Part shown: piece after piece, positions 53,361 to 60,706 of the stretch
Position numbering within the stretch: position 1 is the first letter of the stretch
Layout: each line of letters starts with the position of its first letter
Assembly: GCA_012837925.1 (NCBI GenBank)
Contig: DUQE01000099.1
Location: forward strand, 1 to 60,706
Reading direction: 5' to 3'
Source of the DNA: Bacillota bacterium
Lineage (GTDB): Bacteria > Bacillota > Limnochordia > Darwinibacteriales > Darwinibacteriaceae
Length of the DNA: 60,706 nucleotides
Notes under the pieces: model-generated
What the model was told of the DNA's origin: nothing
Databases searched by the model: none
What the model saw: the letters and a program-made list of their open reading frames with translations, nothing else
Position numbers and translations under genes: made by a program

Positions 53361-53758
53361 CGGAGGTGGAACATCCCTAGGGTGTTTACTCTTTGACCTT
53401 CCTTATGAAGGACTTCTTCAAGGTCAAGGTCAAGGGCGTTGCACAATCCTGCCAGATAGAAGAGATTCTGTCCGAGCTCAGCTTCGAGTACTTCCCTGCA
53501 GTTTTCGCAGAGCTGTCCTTTGAGATGCGATTGGATATGATCACGCACATCTTCGAACGAGCAATCGTCGGGTAAGAGCTGTTTCGAGGCGTTGATATTG
53601 ATGCACCCGCAGTCGGTTACTGCTCTGCAAAGAGCCCTGTTGACACGTGCATTTGTCTCCTGGAACTTAGATAGGATATCTAGAATGCTGTAATGGCGCA
53701 CAAGGTTTTCCTGCACGTTTTCCTGGAAGTGATGACAAGTGCTAGCCGGCTTCATCAT
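53357..53758 (-). CDS. Cys-rich hypothetical protein with MazG-like (all-alpha NTP-PPase) C-terminal helix pattern
   Basis: The product has nine Cys, mostly in loose pairs: CRAVTDCGC, a lone Cys in the DDCSFED segment, CENC, plus one further Cys on each side. The tail EVLEAELGQNLFYLAGLCNALDLDLEEVLHKE resembles MazG-type helices. The start is ambiguous between 53758 and 53794. Confidence 0.45.
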   Translation of the reverse strand: MMKPASTCHHFQENVQENLVRHYSILDILSKFQETNARVNRALCRAVTDCGCININASKQLLPDDCSFEDVRDHIQSHLKGQLCENCREVLEAELGQNLFYLAGLCNALDLDLEEVLHKEGQRVNTLGMFHLR

Positions 53759-53959
53759 CTTAGTCACGTCCTCTCGCCACCTTTTATGGGTCACATAGTT
53801 TCACTGTGTGAAACGTCCAACTGGTTTCATTATAAGTCTTTTAAAAATCGATTGTCAACCTGTGGACAAAGCCGTCTGGCAATGGGCTCGTTTGACTTTA
53901 GGCACGTAAAGTGGTAAATTTATTGTAAGGATCGACGTTTTGACAAAGGAGGGAGCGCG

Positions 53960-54439
53960 ATGTATAACGTGGGGGATCATGTCGTTTACCCCATGCACGG
54001 TGCCGGTGTTATAGTGGCCATAGAAGAGCGAGAAGTGCTCGGCGAGAAGCAGGAGTACTACATTATGGCGCTACCCATTGGGGATATGAAGGTTATGATT
54101 CCCATGAAGTCCGTTGAGGAACTCGGTCTTCGTCAGGTAATTAATGATGAAGAAGTTCGACGTGTTTACCAGATTCTTCAAGGTGAACAATCATCTATGT
54201 CATCAAACTGGAACCGTCGCTATCGGGCGAACATGGAAAAGATAAAGAGTGGAGACATTTTCGAAGTAGCGGAGGTTGTACGTAATCTAACCATTAGAGA
54301 AAACGAAAAAGGTCTATCCACTGGCGAAAGAAAGATGCTCGACAACGCAAGACAAATCCTCATGAGCGAGCTCGTCATTGCTCAAAACTCCACCGAAGAG
54401 CAGATTGTGGAGAGGATTTCTGCAATATTCGAACAGTAG
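53960..54439 (+). CDS. carD: CarD/CdnL-family RNA-polymerase-binding regulator
   Basis: The N-terminal Tudor-like block is GDHVVYPMHGAGVIVAIEEREVLGEKQEYYI. RBS is AAAGGAGGGA. Confidence 0.9.
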   Translation: MYNVGDHVVYPMHGAGVIVAIEEREVLGEKQEYYIMALPIGDMKVMIPMKSVEELGLRQVINDEEVRRVYQILQGEQSSMSSNWNRRYRANMEKIKSGDIFEVAEVVRNLTIRENEKGLSTGERKMLDNARQILMSELVIAQNSTEEQIVERISAIFEQ

Positions 54440-54545
54440 GGGGGTGCCGCCGACATTTTGGGCTGAAAAAGAATACCTCAGAGAAAACAGGAAATACTAT
54501 AACTTGAACGAGCTAAACTATCGCGTGCATTTACAATAGTGGGAG

Positions 54546-55631
54546 GTGAAGCGTAGTTTGGTCATATTCGTTAGGATTGTGTTTGCTGCCATTGGCGCGG
54601 CGTTGGGCTATACCGGGGCGTTGGTTTTGCTAAGTTCGGGCGCGATGGCTGGATTCATCGATGAGAGTTATTTAGTTGGTCTGTTTGTTTTTGTTGGGTT
54701 TTTTGTCGGTATTGTGGTTGGCCCACCCATTGTGCGAGGACTCAAGAAGGGTAGCAAGATGGCGACCCAGGTTTTGTTGAAAACACCCACACATGAACTG
54801 GTTGGGGGCGTGATTGGGCTAGTAAGCGGATGGGTTATTGCGCTGATCATTTCTATTCCTTTATTACGAATTCCTTATGCAGGAGATTATGTCCCCATCA
54901 TTCTTGGAGTCATACTGGGGTATTTCGGTCTCATGGTTGGACTTAGAAAGACAGATGACTTGCCAGATGTTTTTTCTCGAACAGAGCGAGGGCATGCGAA
55001 GGCTAGAGCGGCTTCTACAGATGCTTCTCCCAAGATACTTGACACTAGCGTAATCATTGACGGAAGAATATCGGATATCACGAAGTCGGGGTTTTTAGAA
55101 GGTGACTTAATTGTCCCGGGATTTGTCTTAGAGGAGTTACAACACATTGCAGATTCGTCGGATGTGTTGAAGCGCAACCGTGGTAGGCGAGGACTGGATA
55201 TTCTCAACAAGATTCAAAAGGAACCCTATTCTCATGTTCGTATTGTAGAGCAGGACTACGGTGACATTGCCGAGGTCGACACGAAGCTTGTGAAGCTGGC
55301 TCGAGACATGGGAGGCAAAGTCGTTACCAACGACTATAACCTCAACAAGGTTTGCGAACTGCAAGGGGTGTCCGTTTTAAACATCAACGAGCTTGCCAAC
55401 GCTGTCAAACCGGTTGTATTACCAGGAGAAGAGCTCAAGGTCCAGGTCATAAAGGATGGCAAGGAACAAGGTCAGGGTGTAGGGTACTTAGATGATGGCA
55501 CCATGATCGTAGTAGATGGTGGTCGCCGCTTTATTGGGCAAACTGTAGCAGTGTTAGTGACAAGTGTCCTTCAGACAGCGGCCGGTCGTATGATTTTTGC
55601 TAAACCTAAGGCTATGGAGCGGGCATTATAA
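54546..55631 (+). CDS. PIN/TRAM domain membrane protein (YacL-like)
   Basis: Four N-terminal TM segments are followed by a PIN domain ([11 protein letters not shown]...) and a C-terminal TRAM domain. The start codon is uncertain. Confidence 0.85.
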   Translation: MKRSLVIFVRIVFAAIGAALGYTGALVLLSSGAMAGFIDESYLVGLFVFVGFFVGIVVGPPIVRGLKKGSKMATQVLLKTPTHELVGGVIGLVSGWVIALIISIPLLRIPYAGDYVPIILGVILGYFGLMVGLRKTDDLPDVFSRTERGHAKARAASTDASPKILDTSVIIDGRISDITKSGFLEGDLIVPGFVLEELQHIADSSDVLKRNRGRRGLDILNKIQKEPYSHVRIVEQDYGDIAEVDTKLVKLARDMGGKVVTNDYNLNKVCELQGVSVLNINELANAVKPVVLPGEELKVQVIKDGKEQGQGVGYLDDGTMIVVDGGRRFIGQTVAVLVTSVLQTAAGRMIFAKPKAMERAL

Positions 55632-55649
55632 GATTATAGGGATTAAAGA

Positions 55650-55681
55650 GGCCTGATGCCAGAGTACATCGGGTCTTTTTT
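55650..55681 (+). terminator. Probable (leaky) terminator before ispDF
   Basis: Stem GGCCTGATG / CATCGGGTC includes G-U pairs and is followed by TTTTTT. Confidence 0.55.
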
Positions 55682-55705
55682 ATAGGAAATTGGCGACAAA
55701 GGGAG

Positions 55706-56854
55706 TTGGCGCGAGTGAGAGTTGGAGTCGTAATACCGGCAGCTGGTTCAGGCAAACGCATGGGAGCAGATGGGAACAAGGTGTTGTTGCCTTTGCAGGG
55801 CAAGGCCGTGCTTGCCCATAGCCTAGCTTGCTTTGGATCGATGGACGAAGTTTCTGAGGTGGTTGTAGTTACGAGAGACGAAGATCGAGCGACGATTGCG
55901 AAGCTTCTGCAGGAGACAATAAAGGACAAACCGGCTAAGGTCGTTTTGGGAGGGGATGAACGGCAGGACAGTGTCTACCTGGGTCTCAAAGCTCTCTCTC
56001 CAGATACGAAGTGGGTGATTATCCATGACGGAGCAAGACCCTTCGTAACATCGAATATGGTGCGAAGGGGACTAGAGGCTGTGAAGGAGCACGGAGCGGT
56101 AGGTATAGCGGTTCGTGTCAAGGATACGATCAAAAAAGTACAAGAAGGCCTCGTGGTCGAGACACCCGATCGCTCGGAGCTTTGGGCCATGCAGACCCCA
56201 CAGATTTTTGATTATGGTCTAGTGGTAAGGGCCCACGAACGGGCCAAAAGTACAGGGATTACAGCCACAGACGATTGCGGCTTGGTGGAGGCCCTGGACC
56301 ATCCTGTGCACATTGTCGAGGGGGATTACGCCAATATCAAGATCACGACTCCCGAAGATCTGCCGCGATCCCAGGCAACGTCCGTTGGCTTCGGTTATGA
56401 CGTACACCGTCTGGTAGAAGGTAGGGCGTTGATCTTGGGTGGCGTTGAGATTCCCTTTGAGAAAGGACTCTTAGGGCACTCCGATGCGGATGTAGTAACG
56501 CATACCGTGATGGATGCCATTTTAGGTGCCATGGGGCGGGGAGATATTGGGGAGCTGTTTCCTGATACCGATCCACAGTATAAGGGTATCTCCAGCATCA
56601 CCCTCTTAGAAGAAGTGGTAGCCCTGCTTAAGAAGGACGGTATGGTAATTCACAATTTAGACATCACGATTATGGCCCAAAGGCCGAAACTGGCATCCTG
56701 GAAGAACCCGATGAAGGCAAAACTTGCTGAAGTGCTCGGTGTTAACGAGCGTCAGATCAACATCAAAGCCACCACCACCGAGGGACTAGGCTTCGTGGGT
56801 CGCGAAGAAGGAATCGCCTCCCAGGTAATCGTCTCTTTGCAGTCCGCATACTAG
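55706..56854 (+). CDS. ispDF: Bifunctional 2-C-methyl-D-erythritol 4-phosphate cytidylyltransferase / MEcPP synthase
   Basis: The IspD N-terminus shows [12 protein letters not shown]. The IspF C-terminus shows GFGYDVHRL and GHSDADV..H. It is a single open frame. Confidence 0.92.
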   Translation: MARVRVGVVIPAAGSGKRMGADGNKVLLPLQGKAVLAHSLACFGSMDEVSEVVVVTRDEDRATIAKLLQETIKDKPAKVVLGGDERQDSVYLGLKALSPDTKWVIIHDGARPFVTSNMVRRGLEAVKEHGAVGIAVRVKDTIKKVQEGLVVETPDRSELWAMQTPQIFDYGLVVRAHERAKSTGITATDDCGLVEALDHPVHIVEGDYANIKITTPEDLPRSQATSVGFGYDVHRLVEGRALILGGVEIPFEKGLLGHSDADVVTHTVMDAILGAMGRGDIGELFPDTDPQYKGISSITLLEEVVALLKKDGMVIHNLDITIMAQRPKLASWKNPMKAKLAEVLGVNERQINIKATTTEGLGFVGREEGIASQVIVSLQSAY

Positions 56855-56870
56855 ACCAGATTTGAGAACT

Positions 56871-56913
56871 TACCCATCCAATTTTGAAGGATCACTTCAA
56901 AATTGGATGGGTA
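56871..56913 (+). terminator. 19-bp perfect hairpin (terminator-like, no U-tract)
   Basis: TACCCATCCAATTTTGAAG-GATCA-CTTCAAAATTGGATGGGTA. Confidence 0.5.
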
Positions 56914-56979
56914 TGTGCTATTATTGAAGAAACTGTAAAATATCTTGGATGATTTGAGTAAGAATCCACAAAGGGGAGT

Positions 56980-58023
56980 ATGTCAGTGACTGTAGCCTGT
57001 CCATTTGGTACACATCGTGTTATCGAGCCAGTGGGTTCCCTTCCGCAGGGAGCACAGCGCCTTGATAACCGTATGGAGATTCAACCCAATGAAATCTTAG
57101 TTGATGTAGAGACGCTGAACATTGATTCGGCTAGCTTTACACAAATTCGACAAGAAGCCAGTGATGACAAGGATCGCATCGCCCAAATTATGCTAGATAT
57201 CGTTGACCGCAGAGGAAAGCACCATAACCCGGTGACCGGGTCAGGTGGTATGTTTATCGGGACCGTGAAGGCTATCGGTAAAGATCTGCAGGGAAAACGA
57301 GATCTACAAGTGGGAGATCGCATCGCCTCACTGGTTTCGTTGACCTTGACACCGCTTGTCATTGATGCGATAGACATGATCCATCTAGACACCGCACAGG
57401 TAGACATCAAAGGCCAGGCGGTTCTTTTTGAGAGCGGCATATATGCGGTCTTGCCCGACGATCTTCCCCAAAAACTAGCGTTAGCTGCCCTTGACGTGGC
57501 TGGTGCTCCTGCCCAGACAGCAAAACTGGTGAGACCAGGTGATACGGTGCTCATCGTGGGAGCAGGCGGCAAGTCGGGTTGCCTTTGTCTTCATGAGGCC
57601 CGAAAACGCGCCGGAGTTTCGGGAAAGGTCATCGCCATGGACTATGGCGAGGAAGCGGTTCGCCGCATCCGCCAACTCGATTTGGCCGATGTCGTGCTCA
57701 ATGTGGATGCAACCAAGCCAGTAGACTGCCTGCGTGCGTTTGAAGAAGCAACTGGGGGTACTTTGGCTGATCTTACTATTAACTGTGTGAACATTCCCCA
57801 GACCGAAATGACGTCGATCTTGTGTACTCGCGATGGAGGGACCGTATACTTCTTTAGTATGGCCACAAGTTTCACGGCTGCAGCCTTAGGGGCCGAAGGG
57901 GTGGGCAAAGACGTCAACATGCTCATTGGTAACGGGTATACCAAGAGCCATGCGGAGATTACCCTCGAGGTCTTACGCGAGAACCCAAAATTGCGCCAGT
58001 TATTCTCTGAGATCTACGTATAA
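56980..58023 (+). CDS. kdd: L-erythro-3,5-diaminohexanoate dehydrogenase (lysine fermentation)
   Basis: The N-terminus CPFGTHRVIEPVGSLPQGAQRLDNRMEIQPNEILVDVETLNIDSASF matches the Kdd signature I recall. The Rossmann motif is VGAGGKSG. GTG 56986 is an alternative start. Confidence 0.75.
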   Translation: MSVTVACPFGTHRVIEPVGSLPQGAQRLDNRMEIQPNEILVDVETLNIDSASFTQIRQEASDDKDRIAQIMLDIVDRRGKHHNPVTGSGGMFIGTVKAIGKDLQGKRDLQVGDRIASLVSLTLTPLVIDAIDMIHLDTAQVDIKGQAVLFESGIYAVLPDDLPQKLALAALDVAGAPAQTAKLVRPGDTVLIVGAGGKSGCLCLHEARKRAGVSGKVIAMDYGEEAVRRIRQLDLADVVLNVDATKPVDCLRAFEEATGGTLADLTINCVNIPQTEMTSILCTRDGGTVYFFSMATSFTAAALGAEGVGKDVNMLIGNGYTKSHAEITLEVLRENPKLRQLFSEIYV

Positions 58024-58055
58024 AGGCGTATTGTGCAGGAAGGGGGTCAAGACTG

Positions 58056-59135
58056 GTGTTTGTACAGGAGATACTAGACCACGGCTTTCGCTCCGTCTCT
58101 GTGATTGGGATGGGCAAGAACACCGGTAAGACCTTCGCGTTTAACCAACTGGTAATGGATGCGGAGAGACTTGGAATAGGCCTTGCCATGACTACCATCG
58201 GGCTCGATGGAGAAGAACGAGACAGTCTTTTCCGCCACGACAAGCCTAAGATCATGCTGCGCCCCGGACAAATTGTGGCCAATGCCAAGACCCTACTGGT
58301 TGATAGCGGTATCGATTACGAAATACTTGGCACTACGGGTATTATGACTCCCCTTGGTGAGGTCATTCTCGCCCGAGCCTTGAGTGCGGGCAAGACAGTC
58401 TTGGCGGGACCGAGCACTCGCCATGAACTTGCCTTGGTCAAAGAGCAGCTGGAACAGGTGGGAATCGACGTCTTTTTTGTCGATGGGGCCATCGATCGAC
58501 GTTCGCTTTCGGCGCCCATGGTGACGGATACGACTGTCTTGGCCGTGGGAGCTGAGGCAAGTTGGGATCGGGCCCTTCTGCTGGAAAAACTGCGGCTGCA
58601 GCTACGGATTTTGCGTCTTCCCGCATGGGAGCATCCCTTGCGATTTGAGGTGGGCATGCACTTGCGAAACATGGAGGCAGAGGTCAAGCTGGCCTTGCTC
58701 TCAGCGCAAGGATTGCAGGATAGCATCACCCAAGAAGACTTTTTTGACAATCCCAATAGCATTGCAGAAAAGGCTGATGGGTCCACACAGGCGATTTTCG
58801 TTCGAGGCATGCTGACGGATGATGTGCTTGTGAAAATTTTGACTAATAGCACTGAGGAGGTTCCTCCTATTATTGTGGTTTTGGACCCCACCAGCGTATT
58901 TTTGAGCAAACAGGGCTTTCACAAGCTCGACTCCTACCAGGCTGTGCTTAACGTGTTAGATGCTATTCATATCAGTGCTGTAACTGTAAATCCCTTTAAC
59001 AGTCGTTACGGTCATGCCGATCCCCTCCGCTTGCTTGCAGATGTGGGACAAGCTGTGTATCCGATTCCTGCCTTTGATATGAACCTAGGAATCCGCTACA
59101 CGCCGGGAAAGGAGGGTATTGATGCCATTTCTTGA
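58056..59135 (+). CDS. Uncharacterised protein with deviant P-loop (GMGKNTGKT), lysine-fermentation-cluster associated
   Basis: This is an open frame with a GTG start and RBS GGAAGGGGG. The N-terminal glycine-rich GKT loop resembles DTBS/CobB-type P-loops. The rest is unrecognised. Confidence 0.5.
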   Translation: MFVQEILDHGFRSVSVIGMGKNTGKTFAFNQLVMDAERLGIGLAMTTIGLDGEERDSLFRHDKPKIMLRPGQIVANAKTLLVDSGIDYEILGTTGIMTPLGEVILARALSAGKTVLAGPSTRHELALVKEQLEQVGIDVFFVDGAIDRRSLSAPMVTDTTVLAVGAEASWDRALLLEKLRLQLRILRLPAWEHPLRFEVGMHLRNMEAEVKLALLSAQGLQDSITQEDFFDNPNSIAEKADGSTQAIFVRGMLTDDVLVKILTNSTEEVPPIIVVLDPTSVFLSKQGFHKLDSYQAVLNVLDAIHISAVTVNPFNSRYGHADPLRLLADVGQAVYPIPAFDMNLGIRYTPGKEGIDAIS

Positions 59136-60706
59136 TGCAGAAACAACGCGGCAACTAGGCTTAGATGCCATCTGGGCCCGAATCAAGCCCGAGTCTTCTC
59201 TGGGAAGGACTCGTCTGCGGAAGATAGAGGCCTTTCGGCCTGAGGAATGGAGCGAGCTAGAGAACGAGCTCGATCGCCTGGAACGCTTATCTACTCTTCT
59301 TCGCGATGATGCGAAGAAAGCCGATAACCTGCGTTTCCTTTTAGGATCGGTGCGTGACATTAGCGGAAGTCTCCAGCGTAGTACGCAAAGGGTAACCCTC
59401 GATGACATGGAGTTTTATGAGATCAAAAAGCTCCTTGCGATTGTAGAGAAGATCCACAGCGAACTTGTGACGTTAGGATGGACGTTTTGCCTCGACACTC
59501 CCTTAGACCTCTGCGAGGAATGCAGAGAGGCCCTGGGGCGTGGTCAGGGTGGTCATACGAGCTTTTATGTTGCCGATGCCTATGATGAAAAACTGGCGCA
59601 GATTCGCACCGAACGGGTTCGTCTAGAAAGTGTGCTGGCGACCTTCCGTGCTTCGGTGGACAGTGTCTTAGTCCGGACGGCTGGCCGAGTTTTGTCTATG
59701 GATGGAGACATCACGGTCAGCACGAGCGATCAAGAAGTGATCGCAGCTCTCGACGATATAGCAGAGCTCTGTAGAAAGCAGGAAACCGCGACTTTTGTGA
59801 CCTTTCAGTTGCGCGAAGACGAGCGCATCCAGGATGTCAAGAGCCGCTTATCCCAAGTCCGGGAAGAAGAAGAGGAGCGTAAGCAACAGGTTCGTATAGA
59901 ACTTTCGGCCTTTGTTGCGACCTTTGCTCCTCGCTTGTTGACAACTCTTGATCAGTTGTCCTATCTGGATGTATTGCTTGCGAAAGCAACGTTTGCCAAT
60001 GAGATAGACGGAATTAGGCCGCAACTGTCTGAAGGCGCCCGCATGCGCATCGTAGAGGGTAGACACCTGCTCGTCGAAGAAGAGGTGAGGCAGGCGGGTC
60101 ACGATTATACTCCCCTTTCCCTGGAAATTTCGCGAGGGGTCACGTTGATTACTGGGCCCAACATGGGTGGAAAAACCGTGAGTCTCAAGACGATTGGTCT
60201 TTTGACCGCCATGGCACAATATGGTTTATTGGTTCCGGCCCGTTTTATGGAGTTTCAACCACGCCAGTTCATACGGGCCCACCTGGCGGAAGCTACGATT
60301 CCTAAGGGACTCAGTGCTTACGCTGGAGAAGTGGTTTTCCTTCGTGACGTGATTGGGCGAAGCGACGAATCCGGACTCATTCTTGTCGACGAAATTGCCC
60401 ACGGTACAAATCCCGTGGAGGGAGCCGGCGTGGCGCAAGCTGTAATTGAACACTTAAGCCAGAAACAGACGATGACGGTGATCACCACGCATTATCCGTC
60501 ACTGGCTCGCTGTGAGGGAGTGTACCATCTGCGGGTCAAAGGCCTTGACCCAGATTGCCTCAAAAAGGTTCAAGCATCGTCTCTCCAGCGCTGCATGGAC
60601 TATCGCTTAGAGGAGGCCGAGCCCTCCAAGCCACTTAGGAGCGATGCTGCTGCGGTGGCAGAGGCTCTAGGACTAGAAAGTACGATCGTACAGAGGGCCA
60701 AGGAAC
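59122..60706 (+). CDS. MutS-domain-V ATPase family protein (partial, runs off window end)
   Basis: This frame is not in the ORF track because it has no stop. I translated it from ATG 59122 (RBS AAAGGAGGG) to the window end and found no stop. It contains the MutS ATPase motifs ITGPNMGGKT, ST(Y)..E and LVDEIAHGTNP..G, TTHY. Confidence 0.75.
   Translation, partial: MPFLDAETTRQLGLDAIWARIKPESSLGRTRLRKIEAFRPEEWSELENELDRLERLSTLLRDDAKKADNLRFLLGSVRDISGSLQRSTQRVTLDDMEFYEIKKLLAIVEKIHSELVTLGWTFCLDTPLDLCEECREALGRGQGGHTSFYVADAYDEKLAQIRTERVRLESVLATFRASVDSVLVRTAGRVLSMDGDITVSTSDQEVIAALDDIAELCRKQETATFVTFQLREDERIQDVKSRLSQVREEEEERKQQVRIELSAFVATFAPRLLTTLDQLSYLDVLLAKATFANEIDGIRPQLSEGARMRIVEGRHLLVEEEVRQAGHDYTPLSLEISRGVTLITGPNMGGKTVSLKTIGLLTAMAQYGLLVPARFMEFQPRQFIRAHLAEATIPKGLSAYAGEVVFLRDVIGRSDESGLILVDEIAHGTNPVEGAGVAQAVIEHLSQKQTMTVITTHYPSLARCEGVYHLRVKGLDPDCLKKVQASSLQRCMDYRLEEAEPSKPLRSDAAAVAEALGLESTIVQRAKE

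Noticed and set aside
41381-60706. Search for selenoprotein genes (same-frame ORF pairs split by one in-frame TGA) near selCBA and elsewhere in the window.
   Set aside because: No adjacent same-frame ORF pair separated by a single TGA was found. The only split gene (spmA) requires a frame change, not stop read-through.

Overview
This 60.7 kb window looks like core chromosome of an endospore-forming Firmicute (Clostridia-like). The evidence is spoIIE-tilS-ftsH, spmA/spmB and the conserved ctsR-mcsA-mcsB-clpC-radA-disA-carD-PIN/TRAM-ispDF block. Coding density is very high on both strands. I found no CRISPR array, rRNA, transposase, integrase or recognisable defence system.

Content in order:
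- A 4-tRNA array (Phe, Val, Glu, Ala).
- An Ldh_2-family dehydrogenase, then a DUF4342 protein with an OmpR/HK two-component pair.
- A YtrA-type GntR/ABC module that carries a decayed second permease gene.
- A PyrR-attenuated pyrB-C-K-D-F-E operon with no carAB.
- An OYE flavin reductase, an ADP-ribosylglycohydrolase, and alkA-like plus ogt.
- A metal-handling neighbourhood: a His-rich 10-TM exporter, cutC and a UPF0016 protein.
- murB and an M23 lipoprotein.
- A 4-gene operon that includes a secreted protein with six FMN_bind (flavinylation) domains.
- sdaAB/sdaAA and tRNA-Asp.
- An RseC-ABC operon that ends in an orphan FliK-C-like / FlhB-C-like pair.
- YibE/F, an AT-rich RelE/AbrB toxin-antitoxin islet and tRNA-Met.
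- htrA, birA and selC-selB-selA.
- The start of a lysine-fermentation cluster: kdd, a P-loop-like protein and a MutS-domain-V ATPase that runs off the window.

Best candidates for under-described biology:
1. The stand-alone FliK-C/FlhB-CC switch-like pair fused to an RseC/ABC operon.
2. The six-fold FMN_bind protein with near-identical 294-bp tandem repeats and a small unannotated Cys-rich ORF downstream.
3. The uncharacterised P-loop/MutS-like pair next to kdd.

All calls come from reading the sequence and the ORF translations by eye. No database search was run.
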